Assembly: GCA_030141605.1 (NCBI GenBank)
Contig: JAQGDQ010000560.1
Coordinates: forward strand, 62,001 to 126,000
Direction of reading: 5' to 3'
Length of the DNA: 64,000 nucleotides
From: Tubiluchus corallicola
Taxonomy: Eukaryota; Animalia; Priapulida
The translations under genes and the position numbers were made by a program. Below the pieces are notes generated by a model. That model searched no databases and had not been told where the DNA came from. It was given only the letters and a program-made list of their open reading frames with translations. Of this stretch, positions 24,680 to 37,029 are shown piece by piece. The first letter of the stretch is position 1, and every line of letters starts with the position of its first letter.

Positions 24680-25248
24680 ATGAATGTGAATCCCACAATG
24701 TCTGTTCAGAGTAACAGGTTTCTTTCGTGTCACTCAAACGCAATTACGGGCAAAGTGCCGACTATTGCTGACATTCCTGAATTCTGTAAACGTTCCGATA
24801 AAGTGAAATCACTGGAGGAAGAACTTCACAACTTGAAATTCATGGAGCTCTACAATCATCGAATGAGGAACTGTTTACCTCGCAATAACTACCTTTTAAG
24901 TGCCAACAACTCGAATAAGTTTCTTTCTAAGCACAGTCATCCGTTGTCTGAACAGAAAAATACAAATGAAGATGGCATACTAAGCAAACCAACACACGTG
25001 ACGAAAGCTAGTAGTTTTTTAAGCAAACCAGTGACCACGGTGGAAAGTCCTGAAGATAGCATATGGAGTGAGCAACCCCTAAAAACCATGGAAGGTGCTG
25101 GTATGTCAAGTAAACCACTGGATGCGGTGGAAGTCCACGGGAAAACCTCTGAGGTTGTAACTGAACAGATAAAAATACTGAAAGAAGATGTCGAGAACTT
25201 AAAGAAAGAATTAGATGCACAATGCAGGAATGTAGAAAAAAGCAACAA
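24680..25248 (+). CDS. FBXO41: FBXO41-like coding exon 1 (N-terminus, start of coiled coil)
   Basis: 190-aa ORF ending at donor AA|gtaggt; phase fits next exon; start codon inferred. Confidence 0.8.
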
Positions 25249-25374
25249 GTAGGTGATAAGTGTGAATGTGAAAACTGAAGAGAAGATTAGGTTAATATTA
25301 ATAATAGATTTTTATAGTGTGATTAACCAGGAGTAGAGGTTTATGTATAAATAATACTTAGAGGACATGGAAAC

Positions 25375-25858
25375 CTGGGATGAGAATTTTCCGCAAATGC
25401 ACGGAATTCTGACTTTTTGGAAGAGCCAGTTGTGCCATTTTCGTAAATCGCGTGAACTCGTTGAGAAAATTTTTACTGACCCAGCACATTACTTCACAAG
25501 CTGACCGCCAATTGGCAGGCCGTCACTTTGTTTACATCACGTACATCAGTGTAACCACTTGTGTATCTCTATGTATAAAAATATAGAATCAATTTTGCAG
25601 AGTTATTTGAGTCAATTGCAGACAGTTTTTATATACTTTTGCATAGGAGCGGCCTGTACTTAGGCATTTCTGTAACAACTAGGTATCATGTATCATTGAT
25701 AGTTGGGTATTTTAAATTATACATGAAACAAGGTAACTGATATTTTAAGTCTACTTAGAGGCTCTCTATGGTCACAAAATTTCAGTTTGTTGCTGCCTAC
25801 GCCCCCCCCCCCCTCGGCCTGTTTCAGAGTTTGATGGAATTTGTCATTCTCATCCCTG
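25375..25858. mobile_element. hAT-like MITE (internal-deletion derivative of 17130-18739)
   Basis: TIR CWGGGATGAGAAT; flanking GGAAAC duplication. Confidence 0.8.
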
Positions 25859-25927
25859 GGAAACACTCTTCATAAACAAAGCTTAAGCACTTTGTTTTGA
25901 AATTTTGTGTCACTTACATGTTGTCTT

Positions 25928-26390
25928 TAGTGGTGGCTTACAGTTAAAATTACTGGGGATGCTGCTTCAAAAAAAATTTAGCCATTGTTTTAATACTGTG
26001 TAAAACGAAACAAACATATGTAACTTTTAATGGTGTAATTTGTAATTGTAATTTTAAACAAAGAAATATATGAAAGTTTATACATAAACTTGATAAAATC
26101 TTGAGCAAAAAATATTTTTTGCTTACCAATAGCCCTTACTAATAACAAACTGTTTGAGTGACAGTGCTTTCTCTGCCTGGGCCCAGGCATGGCCTGGCAG
26201 CAAGCGCACAACAGCCAAACACCGCATTGCTGGAGCGCACTGTGCTGGGCTGTGAAGCAAACAGTACTACCCTCACGTGCTCTAGTTCCATACAAGTATA
26301 AAGAAAGAACTAAAGAAAGAAAACTTATTATATATTGAATATTATAGGGGGTGCATCTGTTCCACAGTATCTACACACAAGCCACCACTG
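25928..26390. mobile_element. hAT-like MITE, CAGTGG family
   Basis: Inverted homology to 13040-13742. Confidence 0.75.
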
Positions 26391-26681
26391 ACTGTATACA
26401 GAGCTTGCATTGGCGGTAAAGCTGTAAAAAATGTATAAACTCCCACGTTGACCGTTGTTAGGCGATGGCATTTTAGCAGTCAGTCATTGAATAACAAATT
26501 GAAAGAACTTGAGATAATATTGTGTAAAGTTTAAAACATAATCACGGCAATACGTGGCATGTGCACTTTTCGTCAACAAGCAGTTCTAAGTATAAATTAG
26601 GCGTGCTTTATATTGTCAATAACATCAGTATTGTGATCAGTCACAGGCTAAGACATCCACCTAATGCGAGTCTATCTTGTA

Positions 26682-27314
26682 CAGTAAATCCTCGCTTAAC
26701 GCCGCTAATGCGTTTTAGCAAAAAAGTGTAACGTCGTTAAACGAAACAAAGACTTCCTTGGAAAGTAAAGTAAAAGAATTGACATACATTCCAGAGGCAA
26801 AAATCAATGCTGCTTTAAATTGAACGTTTTATGTGTTATTTCTGCCGATTAATTTCCCTCTGCTTGCCTGAAACCACTAATCTTTCTTACCAATATTTAG
26901 TAGTTAGACACGGCATAGTGGAAGCCAAGCCCTAGGGTGACCTTGAGACAATTTCATCTAGATACACAGTCTGGTTGCTATAGGAACAGGTTGCAGGCAA
27001 AATTCCTTCATGTAAAGTTTGCATTCAGGTGCCTGGAGGCGTATAAATCGCGAATAGATTGTATTATGCTCGATACAAACGACTAGTATTCATTCATGTA
27101 ATAATTGTACTGCTTTACATCCCTAGTGCATTTTTAGAATCGAATAATGCAATATGTACTGATTTGATGCTTCAAATATGCTAAATATGATAAAAAAAAC
27201 AAAATGTCTTTAAAACGAAACTTGCGCCGTAATGTGAAAAAAAGTGTCAAAGGTGTTCATCGTCGTTACAACGTAACATCGCAAAGCGGGGAGTCGTTAA
27301 GCGAGGACTTACTC
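26682..27314. mobile_element. pogo/Tigger-like MITE
   Basis: TIR CAGTAARTCCTCGCTTAACG, TA TSD. Confidence 0.85.
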
Positions 27315-27403
27315 TATTATGAAATGTATTACTGTACACTGCAACTCACAGCTAAGTTATAAACCTATGACACTTACCTTCGTTAACTGATGCTTCTTTG
27401 TAG

Positions 27404-27581
27404 AGAATGTCAGCTGCTGAAGAGTTTTTTGGAAGAGGCAGCGGAAAAACAGACGTCTGCTCGGTCAAAACTTGAAGAGTTTATCGACGATTTGATTGAG
27501 AGAGTTGTTAAAGCTGAGGCGGCACTGGAGACTGTGGTGGATCGTTCTGTTCATAGTTCTCCATCACATTCTGACATCACG
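27404..27581 (+). CDS. FBXO41: FBXO41-like exon 2 (coiled coil, FLEEAAEKQTSARSKLEEFIDDLIERVVKAE)
   Basis: Resembles the FBXO41 coiled-coil motif; AG/GT; 178 nt. Confidence 0.92.
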
Positions 27582-27740
27582 GTAGGTTGAATGAATTATT
27601 TTAATTTATAAGAACAATTAGTCTTCACCTCACGACGCACGTTTAAATAATACGCATAAAAATCCATAAAAGTCTTAATTTAAACTATTAGTGATTTTTG
27701 TCTCCAAAGCTTACCTCAATGCTTTCATATTACTTCGTAT

Positions 27741-27836
27741 TTCTCTCTCTCCCTCTCTCTCTCTCCCGCTCTCTTTCTCTCCCTCTCTCTCTCCCCCTAG
27801 CTCCCTGCCTCCCTCCCTCCCTCCCTCCCTCCCTCC

Positions 27837-27888
<52 letters not shown>

Positions 27889-27965
27889 TCTCTCTCTCTC
27901 TTTCTCTGTCTGTCTCTCTCTCACCCCCTTCTCTGCCTGTATCTCTTCCTTTTTCTATATCTAGT
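27741..27965. repeat. (CT)n/(CCCT)n microsatellite with conserved 3' flank
   Basis: Direct observation; flank shared with 35372-35730. Confidence 0.95.
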
Positions 27966-28141
27966 TTCGTTTAACAGCATTTCCTTAACGGTGCATTTTA
28001 CTGCAATGCATTAGGGTCATGAAGTGAGTACTTTCTCTTGTTATGTAAAAATGATGACAAACAACGCTACTTCTTGTATACTGGAAGCTTTTCGTGTATG
28101 TATCAGTATTGATGCTGGATGAAAGTATATTTCAAGCTTAA

Positions 28142-28820
28142 GGAACAAGAAAACCCTCCACTTACGTAAAGTTTAAAAAATTCATCTTGAAATTTTGTAC
28201 CACTTACATCCTACCTTTTTTGTATATAGGACTTCAATCGGCCGTAAAGCTGTATAAAACGTGTAAATTTAAACTCCGGTGATGATGCTGCAGGCATTTT
28301 GACGATAAAGTCGTTTGAAACAAGTTTATTTAACACTGCGTAAAGTTTGAAAAAATAAGCACAGCATTCGTAGCGCACACGTCACTAACTAAGTAAAATT
28401 TTAAATTACTGTATCTTGTCAGTAAGATTAAAAATACGTTCTTGGTTAGTGAGTGGTGCACCTTGGAGGTGAGTCAGCAACATTTTACCAATTGGTGAAA
28501 ACATTTTAAATAGTTAACAGTCTTTTCTAGTTACATAGGTCTTTCGAGCAGGTGAGCAAAATGCTAGGTAACATAACTTTGTCCGGAAAGTTGTTTTGGG
28601 ACATAGTTTAAGATTGCCTTTTCTTCCGATGATTTACGTTTGCGTAGTGACGTCATGTAATGGCGCAGTCGGTACAGTATTGAGGGAGATTTAAAATGAA
28701 AAACAAACGAAAAATCCTTTCAACATGAGTACGATGTACGCATAAAATTGCTATAAAGTGATATAATTTTTTAATGCCATATTTCTGAAATCTACTTTAG
28801 ATCACCCCCTTTCTTGTCGT
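28142..28820. mobile_element. Kolobok-like non-autonomous element
   Basis: TTAA|GGAACAAGAAA...TTTCTTGTCGT|TTGA; inverted homolog 34410-35043; partial copy about 26395-26640. Confidence 0.7.
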
Positions 28821-29039
28821 TTGAGTAAAAAAGAAATATTATTGTGCCACTTAACTTGGTTTGTATGTTTACGCCGTACCATTGTTTATTGTTGCATAAG
28901 AAAAATGACAAGAAATTGACTCATTAATTTTTCTTTGTGGAAATATTGATTTTACTTAGGTTTCTGTGATTATTACAGGCATTATTATGACAAAAGTGGT
29001 AAATTTTAAAGCCTGCTAATACATAGTACTTTACCGTGT

Positions 29040-29540
29040 TAATTTTGTTTTGGTGTAGTATATAAAACCACACAAGTTTCATTGTATTTAAAAAGAAATA
29101 CAGAACAATGATTCTCAACAAGTACAACACTTCCTAATTTCCCACACCTACTGCAGCAGTCATACCACAATCCTGGTACAGATTATGCAAAACAAGGCAT
29201 CATTGATAAATCTTTATAGCTGATGTCAACATAGCGCAATCTGTTATCTTTCTTCCTACCATTTCCACTAACGCATCCTTCTACCCTTCCTGTGTGATCT
29301 AACCTTTCTCCCAGTTCTGTTTTTGTTCACTCATCCATTTTTTATCAGGTTCACATGACAGTGGGCTTATACAAGCCTTTGCTTCTCTAGCCCACTGCAG
29401 TACAATTATTCTTTTATGATAACGATAGTGTATGAAACATAACAATTTAATACAGTAGATGTAATAATTTTGATGTCACTGTGTGCTTTATATTGTACTG
29501 AATGTGATAATAATAATAAATAAATAAAATAAATAAAGTA
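29040..29540 (+). mobile_element. Probable LINE 3' UTR remnant
   Basis: GGGCT...AGCCC stem and (TAA)/(TAAA)n tail. Confidence 0.4.
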
Positions 29541-29769
29541 TTGTAATATAATGACAACATACTTACTTACTTACTTAACTAAAAGAAATTCTCTATATTT
29601 TGAACAACAGAGAAATTGGATACAACACATTAACTGGCACCCATAACTACGTATCTTATATCATTATCTAGTTCGTAATTCAAAGTTGCAGAAGTCAACA
29701 AATTGCAAATTTATAATTTCAGTTTTGAAAGATGTTTACATGCATGACGATCTAACAAATTTCTTGCAG

Positions 29770-29848
29770 GTTCACGACACGCAACAATCAAAATCTGCCG
29801 GTGAAGATTTATTAGCCAGCGATTCTGGCATCGTATGTGATCCACATG
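29770..29848 (+). CDS. FBXO41: FBXO41-like exon 3
   Basis: ttgcag / gtacgt, 79 nt, phases 0 to 1. Confidence 0.85.
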
Positions 29849-30736
29849 GTACGTGTTTTGTAAACACACGTTTAAACAGTATGTGTGTACGCATTATTGG
29901 TTGTTTGCTGTATAGTTAAAAATGTCTTGGTTTATTGATGATGAAGGAAATGAATAGTTCTAAAATTGTTCTTTCACTTATTACTTCAAAAAATGTTCGA
30001 AGACGATAGGGGTGAGTATCGAACGTTCGAGTTTTTTTAGTTCGAATCCAATTCGAACCTAAAATTATAGATTCGAATAATTCAGCACTTCAGCCACATA
30101 CGTTCTTTATCATTAAAATGTTTGAAACGGCATGAGATTAGCACAATTTAGCTGCAGTTTCTGTGCAAAATTTTTAGTAAACTAATAGCGTTTTACTGCA
30201 GAACAAAATCATGTAATTCGCATGATCTTTCTAAGACCAGTTTTTACTAGTGGTTCGAAAACTTGTTCGAAAATCTTTCAAACTGAATTTGAATTACTCA
30301 GGTATATGGCAACCCATAGAAGACGTTGATTTCCTATTTAATCAGGAGAAGTAAACCAAGCCATAAAATAAAAAATAAGCACTCACTTAAGCAAGGACGT
30401 GGCTTTTATTCACTCACAAACATCTGCAAAATTTGGACCAGTCATGGTCTCGTTCACACAACAATCAGGTAACGACCATGACTGGTCGAAACCTTGCAGT
30501 TGTTTGTGCCTATCATTGCTCAGGTGGGTGCTGGCTGTTATTTTCGTTTTATGAATTGGTTTACTTCTTGTGATTGACTAGAAAATCAGCATCTTCGAAC
30601 ATCTTTTGGAAGTAATAAGTAAAAGAACTAGTTTAGTATGTTCCAGCTAGGGCAGTATTATCTCTGTACTTTTGTATGCTGTTGTATAATAGTTTTCTTA
30701 TATCACCGTAACAATTTACGCTGTTTTACTTTGCAG

Positions 30737-31220
30737 ATTTTAGTGATGTCGCTCCTTGGTCGGGCAGGCCACATTTAGATGACGTTGCCATAGAAATTGG
30801 TTTGCATGATTTGCCAGTGCAAGACTCTAAACAAACACTTCCATCATTTTCCTTTAGTGGAAAAGAAGAAGCTCATTCAGACGTCTTCCAAAGTTCTTGT
30901 GGTTTTAAACGCCAACAACTTCAACGTGCAGAAATCGCGTCTTCCGGTGTTTCGTTGAATTACGACGACGCTAACATATCGAGTTTACCGACTTCCCAAC
31001 ATTACGCTAACCTGGCTAAGTACATTCCCAAAGATTTGGTGGAGACGGAATTGGCTCTGAAGCGAAGGGAAGCAAAGCTACGCGAGGAGTTTAAGCACCA
31101 GAGGGCACTTCTTGGCATGTGCCGCCGCAGGGAATTGCTAAAAAGCATCAGAACTCGTGGTGCGTGCTTAGCTGACTTCCCCAAAGAAAAACGAGAGGAG
31201 ATCTTAATGCTTGCGTTTAG
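30737..31220 (+). CDS. FBXO41: FBXO41-like exon 4 (ends at start of F-box, EEILMLAFR)
   Basis: ttgcag / gtatgt, 484 nt open. Confidence 0.9.
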
Positions 31221-31527
31221 GTATGTTGTAGCTGTTCGGACGGCAGAAGGCCGGGGTTCGAGTCCCGGTGCAGGCGAAAAAATTTCAGACTTTCTAATTT
31301 GGTGTTGCTTTAGTTTAGTGTGTTTATTGCATTGTGTCGCTAATAAGTCGTTTTTATTATACACATACTAGAAGAAGCAGTGGTCCATAGTTATACAATC
31401 AGTTACTGATCTAGTAGTTTTGGGATGGAATCCACTCATTTAGGGATATTTTAACGATTTATCACTCGCATGGGACTTTCCACCCACCTTTCTGGGTGTC
31501 CAAGTAACCTGTCATTTGTTCTCCTCA

Positions 31528-32198
31528 CTATACTACCTCTGTTTTTGACCGAAATTTGTTCCTAAAAAGTGTTTGGAAACCGATTTGGTTAAGTACCAAA
31601 TCATTTATTCCCATAAGAAATAATGTAAAAGCAAATAATCCGTTCTCGAGCACCAAATGAACTGTAAAGTATTACTAAAATGAAATATAATAATGCAAAA
31701 ATGCTTGTTCAAACAGTAGATATGATATAATTGATAAGAAAAACCTAATAGAATTACTTTGAAAGAAAATTCTTATTGTTCAAAAACATTGATATCCTCG
31801 ATTTCGGTATGCCATACAGAGACGTAAGATCGGAAACACGAACTCCATTCTCATGTTTTGCTATGATTTCTTTCTTTAGTTCTATAGTCGCTCTCATAGT
31901 TTTTCATTTTCCTTTGCCACCATCACTTGCACTTAGGAGACGTGATTGGGGTTCAGTATAACACAAAAATAAATGAAATCGAGGAAAAATAAGCGTAGAA
32001 AGCACTTAGGGATGTTAGGCTATTCAAATCTTGTGCTTGACGACTCTCGGGCACAGTCGGTTACGCTCGGCTCGCCGCGCATGCGTTCATCATGTGTTTG
32101 GTGGTCGGTCGAGAACGGAGACAATTTCAGCTCGAATTTTCTTGTCGAAAATCGATTTTTTACGAGTATGGAGACGTTTGACAAAAGAGGTATGACTG
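31528..32198. mobile_element. pogo/Tc1-like MITE (CAGTAGTACCTC family)
   Basis: Homologous to 49226-49729 and 56520-57013; right TIR GAGGTATGACTG|TA. Confidence 0.8.
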
Positions 32199-32209
32199 TA
32201 TGTGCTGAT

Positions 32210-32940
32210 GCTTCGCTAATAGATGTCTTAGCTAACTACCTTGAAGGACATTGGACCATTTTTCTTCTTTCTGCACAAGTTGTGCAAATGTGCAAAATGG
32301 CCAGTCATGATAACGGGATGTAAAGTTAAAGAAGTGAAAATTGACAATTTCAGCAATCCTGTAATTAAGAATGTCAAATCACTTAATACTCGCTATAATG
32401 ATTACCAACTCAGTTTCTGCAGAACCAATATTGCAAAACATTTCATTAGCGGACCTAAACCTTAGAACTCACTACCACCCAATGTAAAGTACCAGTGTAA
32501 CATTTACCGCTTTAAAACATCAGTTAAACGATATCTGTTTGCTTCTTGTATAAACTAGTCTTGATAACCACCTACTGTTCCTATGTGACACAACAGTCAC
32601 AACTTTGTGTTCTTTTTGAGTAGAATCCAGAGTGCTTCGTCATCTCATGAGCCGAATCTCCACAAGCCACTCTTCCTACCCTTTTGAACATTCTCTTATC
32701 ATTCACTTCTATCCTTACTTTGCACAAATCTTTCTTTTAAATTGCCTAAAAACCTTCGTTTTTTGTTCTTTTTTTCTCATTATTTGGACATGTTTATAAT
32801 GGTGCAAGCACCTAAGAAGTTTTACTTCTGGTTCTTGCCATTTATTATATGCACGCTGTCATGTAATCATTATTATTAATATCTATTTTTCTCAGCATTT
32901 CTAGATATTGTATTTGCATTTCCAAATAATTTATTATCAT
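32210..32940 (+). mobile_element. Degenerate L2/CR1-type LINE 3' end
   Basis: Broken translation ...FCRTNI...GPKP*NSLPP...FKTSVK typical of a LINE ORF2 C-terminus, followed by 3' UTR. Confidence 0.65.
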
Positions 32941-33069
32941 ATATTAACTTCTCAATATATATGGTATATAATGGCCATATATACAGTCAAAGAGTTGTTA
33001 AATGGGGTGCAGAAATACTCTCTATTACTACAGCATCGACTATAATAGTATGCGAATGTAATTAAAATG

Positions 33070-33440
33070 TGATCGTATATATTAATTTCGCTGGTAAAGA
33101 TATATATATATATATAACCGATGAGACTACAGCCGTGACGATGGCACCATTTTCGATGATCTGTATGTCAAACGAAAGATCTCCACCTAAGGGTTCACAC
33201 CTGGGGGCTTATTTTTCGAATCGGGCCCACCGGGAGGACTGGGGGCCAAAAAACCTTCAAAAATGGCCATTTTTCATCCGTTTTTTACACAAAATTGCAA
33301 AACTTATACCTCTTATTTCTGGAGAACGGGAACATGCCTGGCATGCTGCCGGTAATGGTTAAATAGCCGGTTCCACGGTGGGTGTTATGGTCATATTTAG
33401 AATTTGGGGGAGGGCCGCGGCGCCCTATAACTGTCATCTA
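33070..33440 (+). mobile_element. Helitron-like non-autonomous element
   Basis: Inverted homolog of 1250-1537; (TA)n near 5' end; GC hairpin GGGCCGCGGCGCCC near 3' end. Confidence 0.45.
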
Positions 33441-33511
33441 ATCATTATTATTAATATCTATTTTTTCTCAGTGTTTCTTGATATTGTATTTGTATTTACA
33501 CTTCCAAATAA

Positions 33512-33640
<129 letters not shown>

Positions 33641-33809
33641 ATGTTAACAAAGGACCAGTAAATAATCTTCACATAACTAGTTTGCTAATGATAAGACATG
33701 GGAGGTACTTGCTAACATTTTTATTGAAGGTAGGGGTAGCATTTAGTAAGAGAAACAATTTTTTGGCAAGGAATTCCTTCCATAAAGAAGAACTAAGGAC
33801 CAACAAAGA

Positions 33810-34113
33810 ATACTGTAAAATATTCCAATGATTACATGACTTTATATTACGTACTAAACACTTCCAGTAGTTTCTATCTGATAAGAAATGCATCAGTCTT
33901 AAATAATCGTACATAAATATTTTCTAACTGTCATTTTCTACTAATGTATAATGTAATCTTGTAGTAAAACTTGTCAGCTTGTATAGTTATAGTCTATTCT
34001 TACTGTAAATGTTTTTGTAAATAGTGTATAAAGTCTGTTGTGGTGAGGATCCTAAATCATGTTGTTCAAACTGTCTGATTCAATCCTATAATAAATTATG
34101 TTTAAACTAACAA
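33810..34113 (+). mobile_element. LINE 3' fragment (copy of about 54700-55423 with internal deletion)
   Basis: Near-identical sequence to about 54700-54976 and 55395-55423. Confidence 0.8.
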
Positions 34114-34249
34114 AGAATGATTTTAAAAACGTATTTCAGAAAAAGGAAGCTAAAATGGTATGATGTTTTTTTAAATTAAATTAATTTAAATAAATTACAG
34201 ATTGTTTTTTTAAATTAATTCCATTATTCATGTTTGGATTTGATTTCAG

Positions 34250-34370
34250 GTTTTTAACATCAAGCCAATGTTTTCAAATGGGCCAAGTCTGCCGTGAATG
34301 GAGACGTATTTGCCAAAGTCCTTTGCTGTGGAAATCCGTTACATTTTCTCAATGTCACATACAAAGTCGG
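34250..34370 (+). CDS. FBXO41: FBXO41-like exon 5 (F-box, FL...QVCREWRRICQSPLLWKSV)
   Basis: Canonical F-box VCRxWxxI...LW motif; AG/GT. Confidence 0.96.
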
Positions 34371-34409
34371 GTAAATCATTATTCTGCTTCAGTAAAAAAA
34401 TGAGCGAAA

Positions 34410-35043
34410 AAACTTGCATTAGAAAATTTTATAACTTTACAGCAATTTTATGCCCACATCGTATTCACGTTGAATAGAATTTTTGTTTGTTTTCATTTTA
34501 AATCTGCCGCAATACTGTTCCATTACGTGACGTCATAAACGCACAACATAAATCAGGAGAAGAAAAGGAAATGTTAAATTATGTCCCAAAAAACTTTCCA
34601 TGCAATGTTATTACTTAGCATTTTGTTTACCTGCTTGAAAGACTTGTGTAATTAGACAACAATATTATTAATTATTTAATATCCTTTCACTAATTGGCAA
34701 AATGTTGCTGACTCACCCTCCAGGGTGCACCACTCAGTAACCAAAAACGTATTTTTAATCTTATTGACCAGATACAGTAATTTAGAATTTTACTTAGTTA
34801 GTGACTTGGCTATGAATGCTTTGATTATTTTTTCAACTTTACTCAGTGTTGTCTAAATTTATTTCAAATGACTTATCGTCAAAATGGTTGCACCTAACGG
34901 TCATCACAGGAGTTTAAATTTACATGTTTCATACAGCGTTACCGCCGACGCAAGCTCTGTATGCAAAAAGCTAGTATGTAAGTGGTATAAAATTTCAAGA
35001 CGATTTTTTTAAGCTTTTTGTAAGTGGAAGATTTTCTTGTGCT
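34410..35043. mobile_element. Kolobok-like element, inverted copy of 28142-28820
   Basis: About 600 bp of reverse-complement homology; TTAA at right end. Confidence 0.75.
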
Positions 35044-35293
35044 TTAAAGTTTTAAGAAGCACCACATGTGTTCCTTTCCTTCTTGACTAATTACTTCATT
35101 TGAACATTCTTGGATGCCAGCCTAAGAATATTTTGCAGAATTTTTCCAGCTTTCTGACGAATTGTGATCGTACTTGACAGTTTGAAGCTTGGTATGGTAT
35201 ATGATAAAGCCAATTAATCATTGATGATAGTTTTTTTGCACTTTACGATACAGTAGAGCTCATGTACTTACTAAGTCATTTCTTGGTTTTAAG

Positions 35294-35348
35294 GTTTTTG
35301 AAGCAATATCACATTGGTGCGTAAAAACCGAGTCAATTGTCCTTGAAG
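35294..35348 (+). CDS. FBXO41: FBXO41-like exon 6 (VFEAISHWCVKTESIVLE)
   Basis: ttttaag / gtatgt, 55 nt, phases fit. Confidence 0.88.
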
Positions 35349-35371
35349 GTATGTTATAATTTGTTAATTTT

Positions 35372-35730
<359 letters not shown>

Positions 35731-35888
35731 TCGTCGTTGAAGTAACTTAAAAATACAAATATCAAAAAACTACACTGTTTCTCTGTTTACTGATCAAGGT
35801 AGTAGTGACGTAGTTACCAGATAGATTTTGTTTGTCTGCAGCTTTTGAGTTCATTATTTGATAGTATAGAAGTTTGAAACTGTTCTAG

Positions 35889-36030
35889 GTCTGCTTCCTC
35901 GTGTTTCCTTAGTTAACACTAGGAGAATTGCTGACGAAACTGTGAAGCATTTTGAATCATTTATCCAGGTGGCAGCACAATCACTTACGACTGTTCGGAT
36001 TATAGACTGCGATGACGTACTGGATATTAG
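35889..36030 (+). CDS. FBXO41: FBXO41-like exon 7
   Basis: ttctag / gtagca, 142 nt open, LRR-like SLTTVRIIDC. Confidence 0.85.
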
Positions 36031-36037
36031 GTAGCAC

Positions 36038-36570
36038 ACTAAAATTAGATTTTATTGATAAAATGCTTTTGCTTTCTAACGGTTGGTTTCAAACGATACT
36101 GTTGATTTTCAGAGCATCTGATTTACAAAACGTCATCAGGTTATAGAACAAACTAGCAAAATGGCAGCTCGCTGATTCTGAAATTGATACTCTACTCATT
36201 ATCATTAACAGTTGTTGTGGAGATCCTCTAGAATTAAATAGAATATTGTAGAATGGTCTAAGGTATAGTAGAGCAATCTTCTTTCCTTGTAGAAGCTTCA
36301 AGAACTTTCTGTTTCTAGATTGGTCCTTTGCGCTGATGTATAAAGCGGAGCTGACCGCTGGAGTTTATTCTCTTGTATCCTCGTATTCTCAGATACGCTT
36401 TCTCGCTTCCAGATTATCACATTTACTGTAAACGTTTCGCGTTCCTTCATACTTTTGTGTTGTAGAATTCTCGCTTAATAAACCAGTTTAATTTGACGAC
36501 GTGTTTTCTGGTTTTCTCTACGAGCCTTCGGAGAGAAACGAAACACAACACATATCATGATGTATAGTGT
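36038..36570. mobile_element. Unclassified dispersed repeat, inverted homolog at about 59640-60110
   Basis: More than 400 bp of reverse-complement homology. Confidence 0.75.
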
Positions 36571-37029
36571 TAGTACTAAAATAGTTTCATATCAGTGAAC
36601 TTGAATATTCTAAAATATATCAATTTCCTATGTATATCCATTTGTATCCATTTAGAGCTTTCAGTATTATGAATGTTGCCAATTTATTTATGTTAAATTG
36701 TTACTAGGATCTGGCGATTTTTTTTGTACTATAGATGCTTTGAAAATAAACAATAATAAGTTCAGAACAGTTCGACGATAAATCATGCTTGGAAGATCAT
36801 AGAGCTACATACCTATATGTGGATAATTATATTAACATGTTTATTATAAGTAAAATTTAGTTTTATCTGGCATAATAATAATAATATTTGGAAGATGTGA
36901 CGTGTTTTTAGTATATGCAGTTCATTACTCTGTAAACTCGAATCCAGCATTCAGTGACAGGTCAGTTTAATGTAGACGGTGTAGCAGGACCAGAACTTCG
37001 CTCATTATCGGCATAATCATTTGTGATCA

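Noticed and set aside
24614-24683. CKHLETEHK* as a relic of the vertebrate FBXO41 N-terminal zinc-finger-like segment
   Set aside because: Out of frame with the main ORF, no CxxC partner, too short to support
31240-31285. tRNA genes suggested by GGTTCGA B-box motifs (also about 2890, 20230, 52285)
   Set aside because: No complete cloverleaf visible; more likely SINE head remnants
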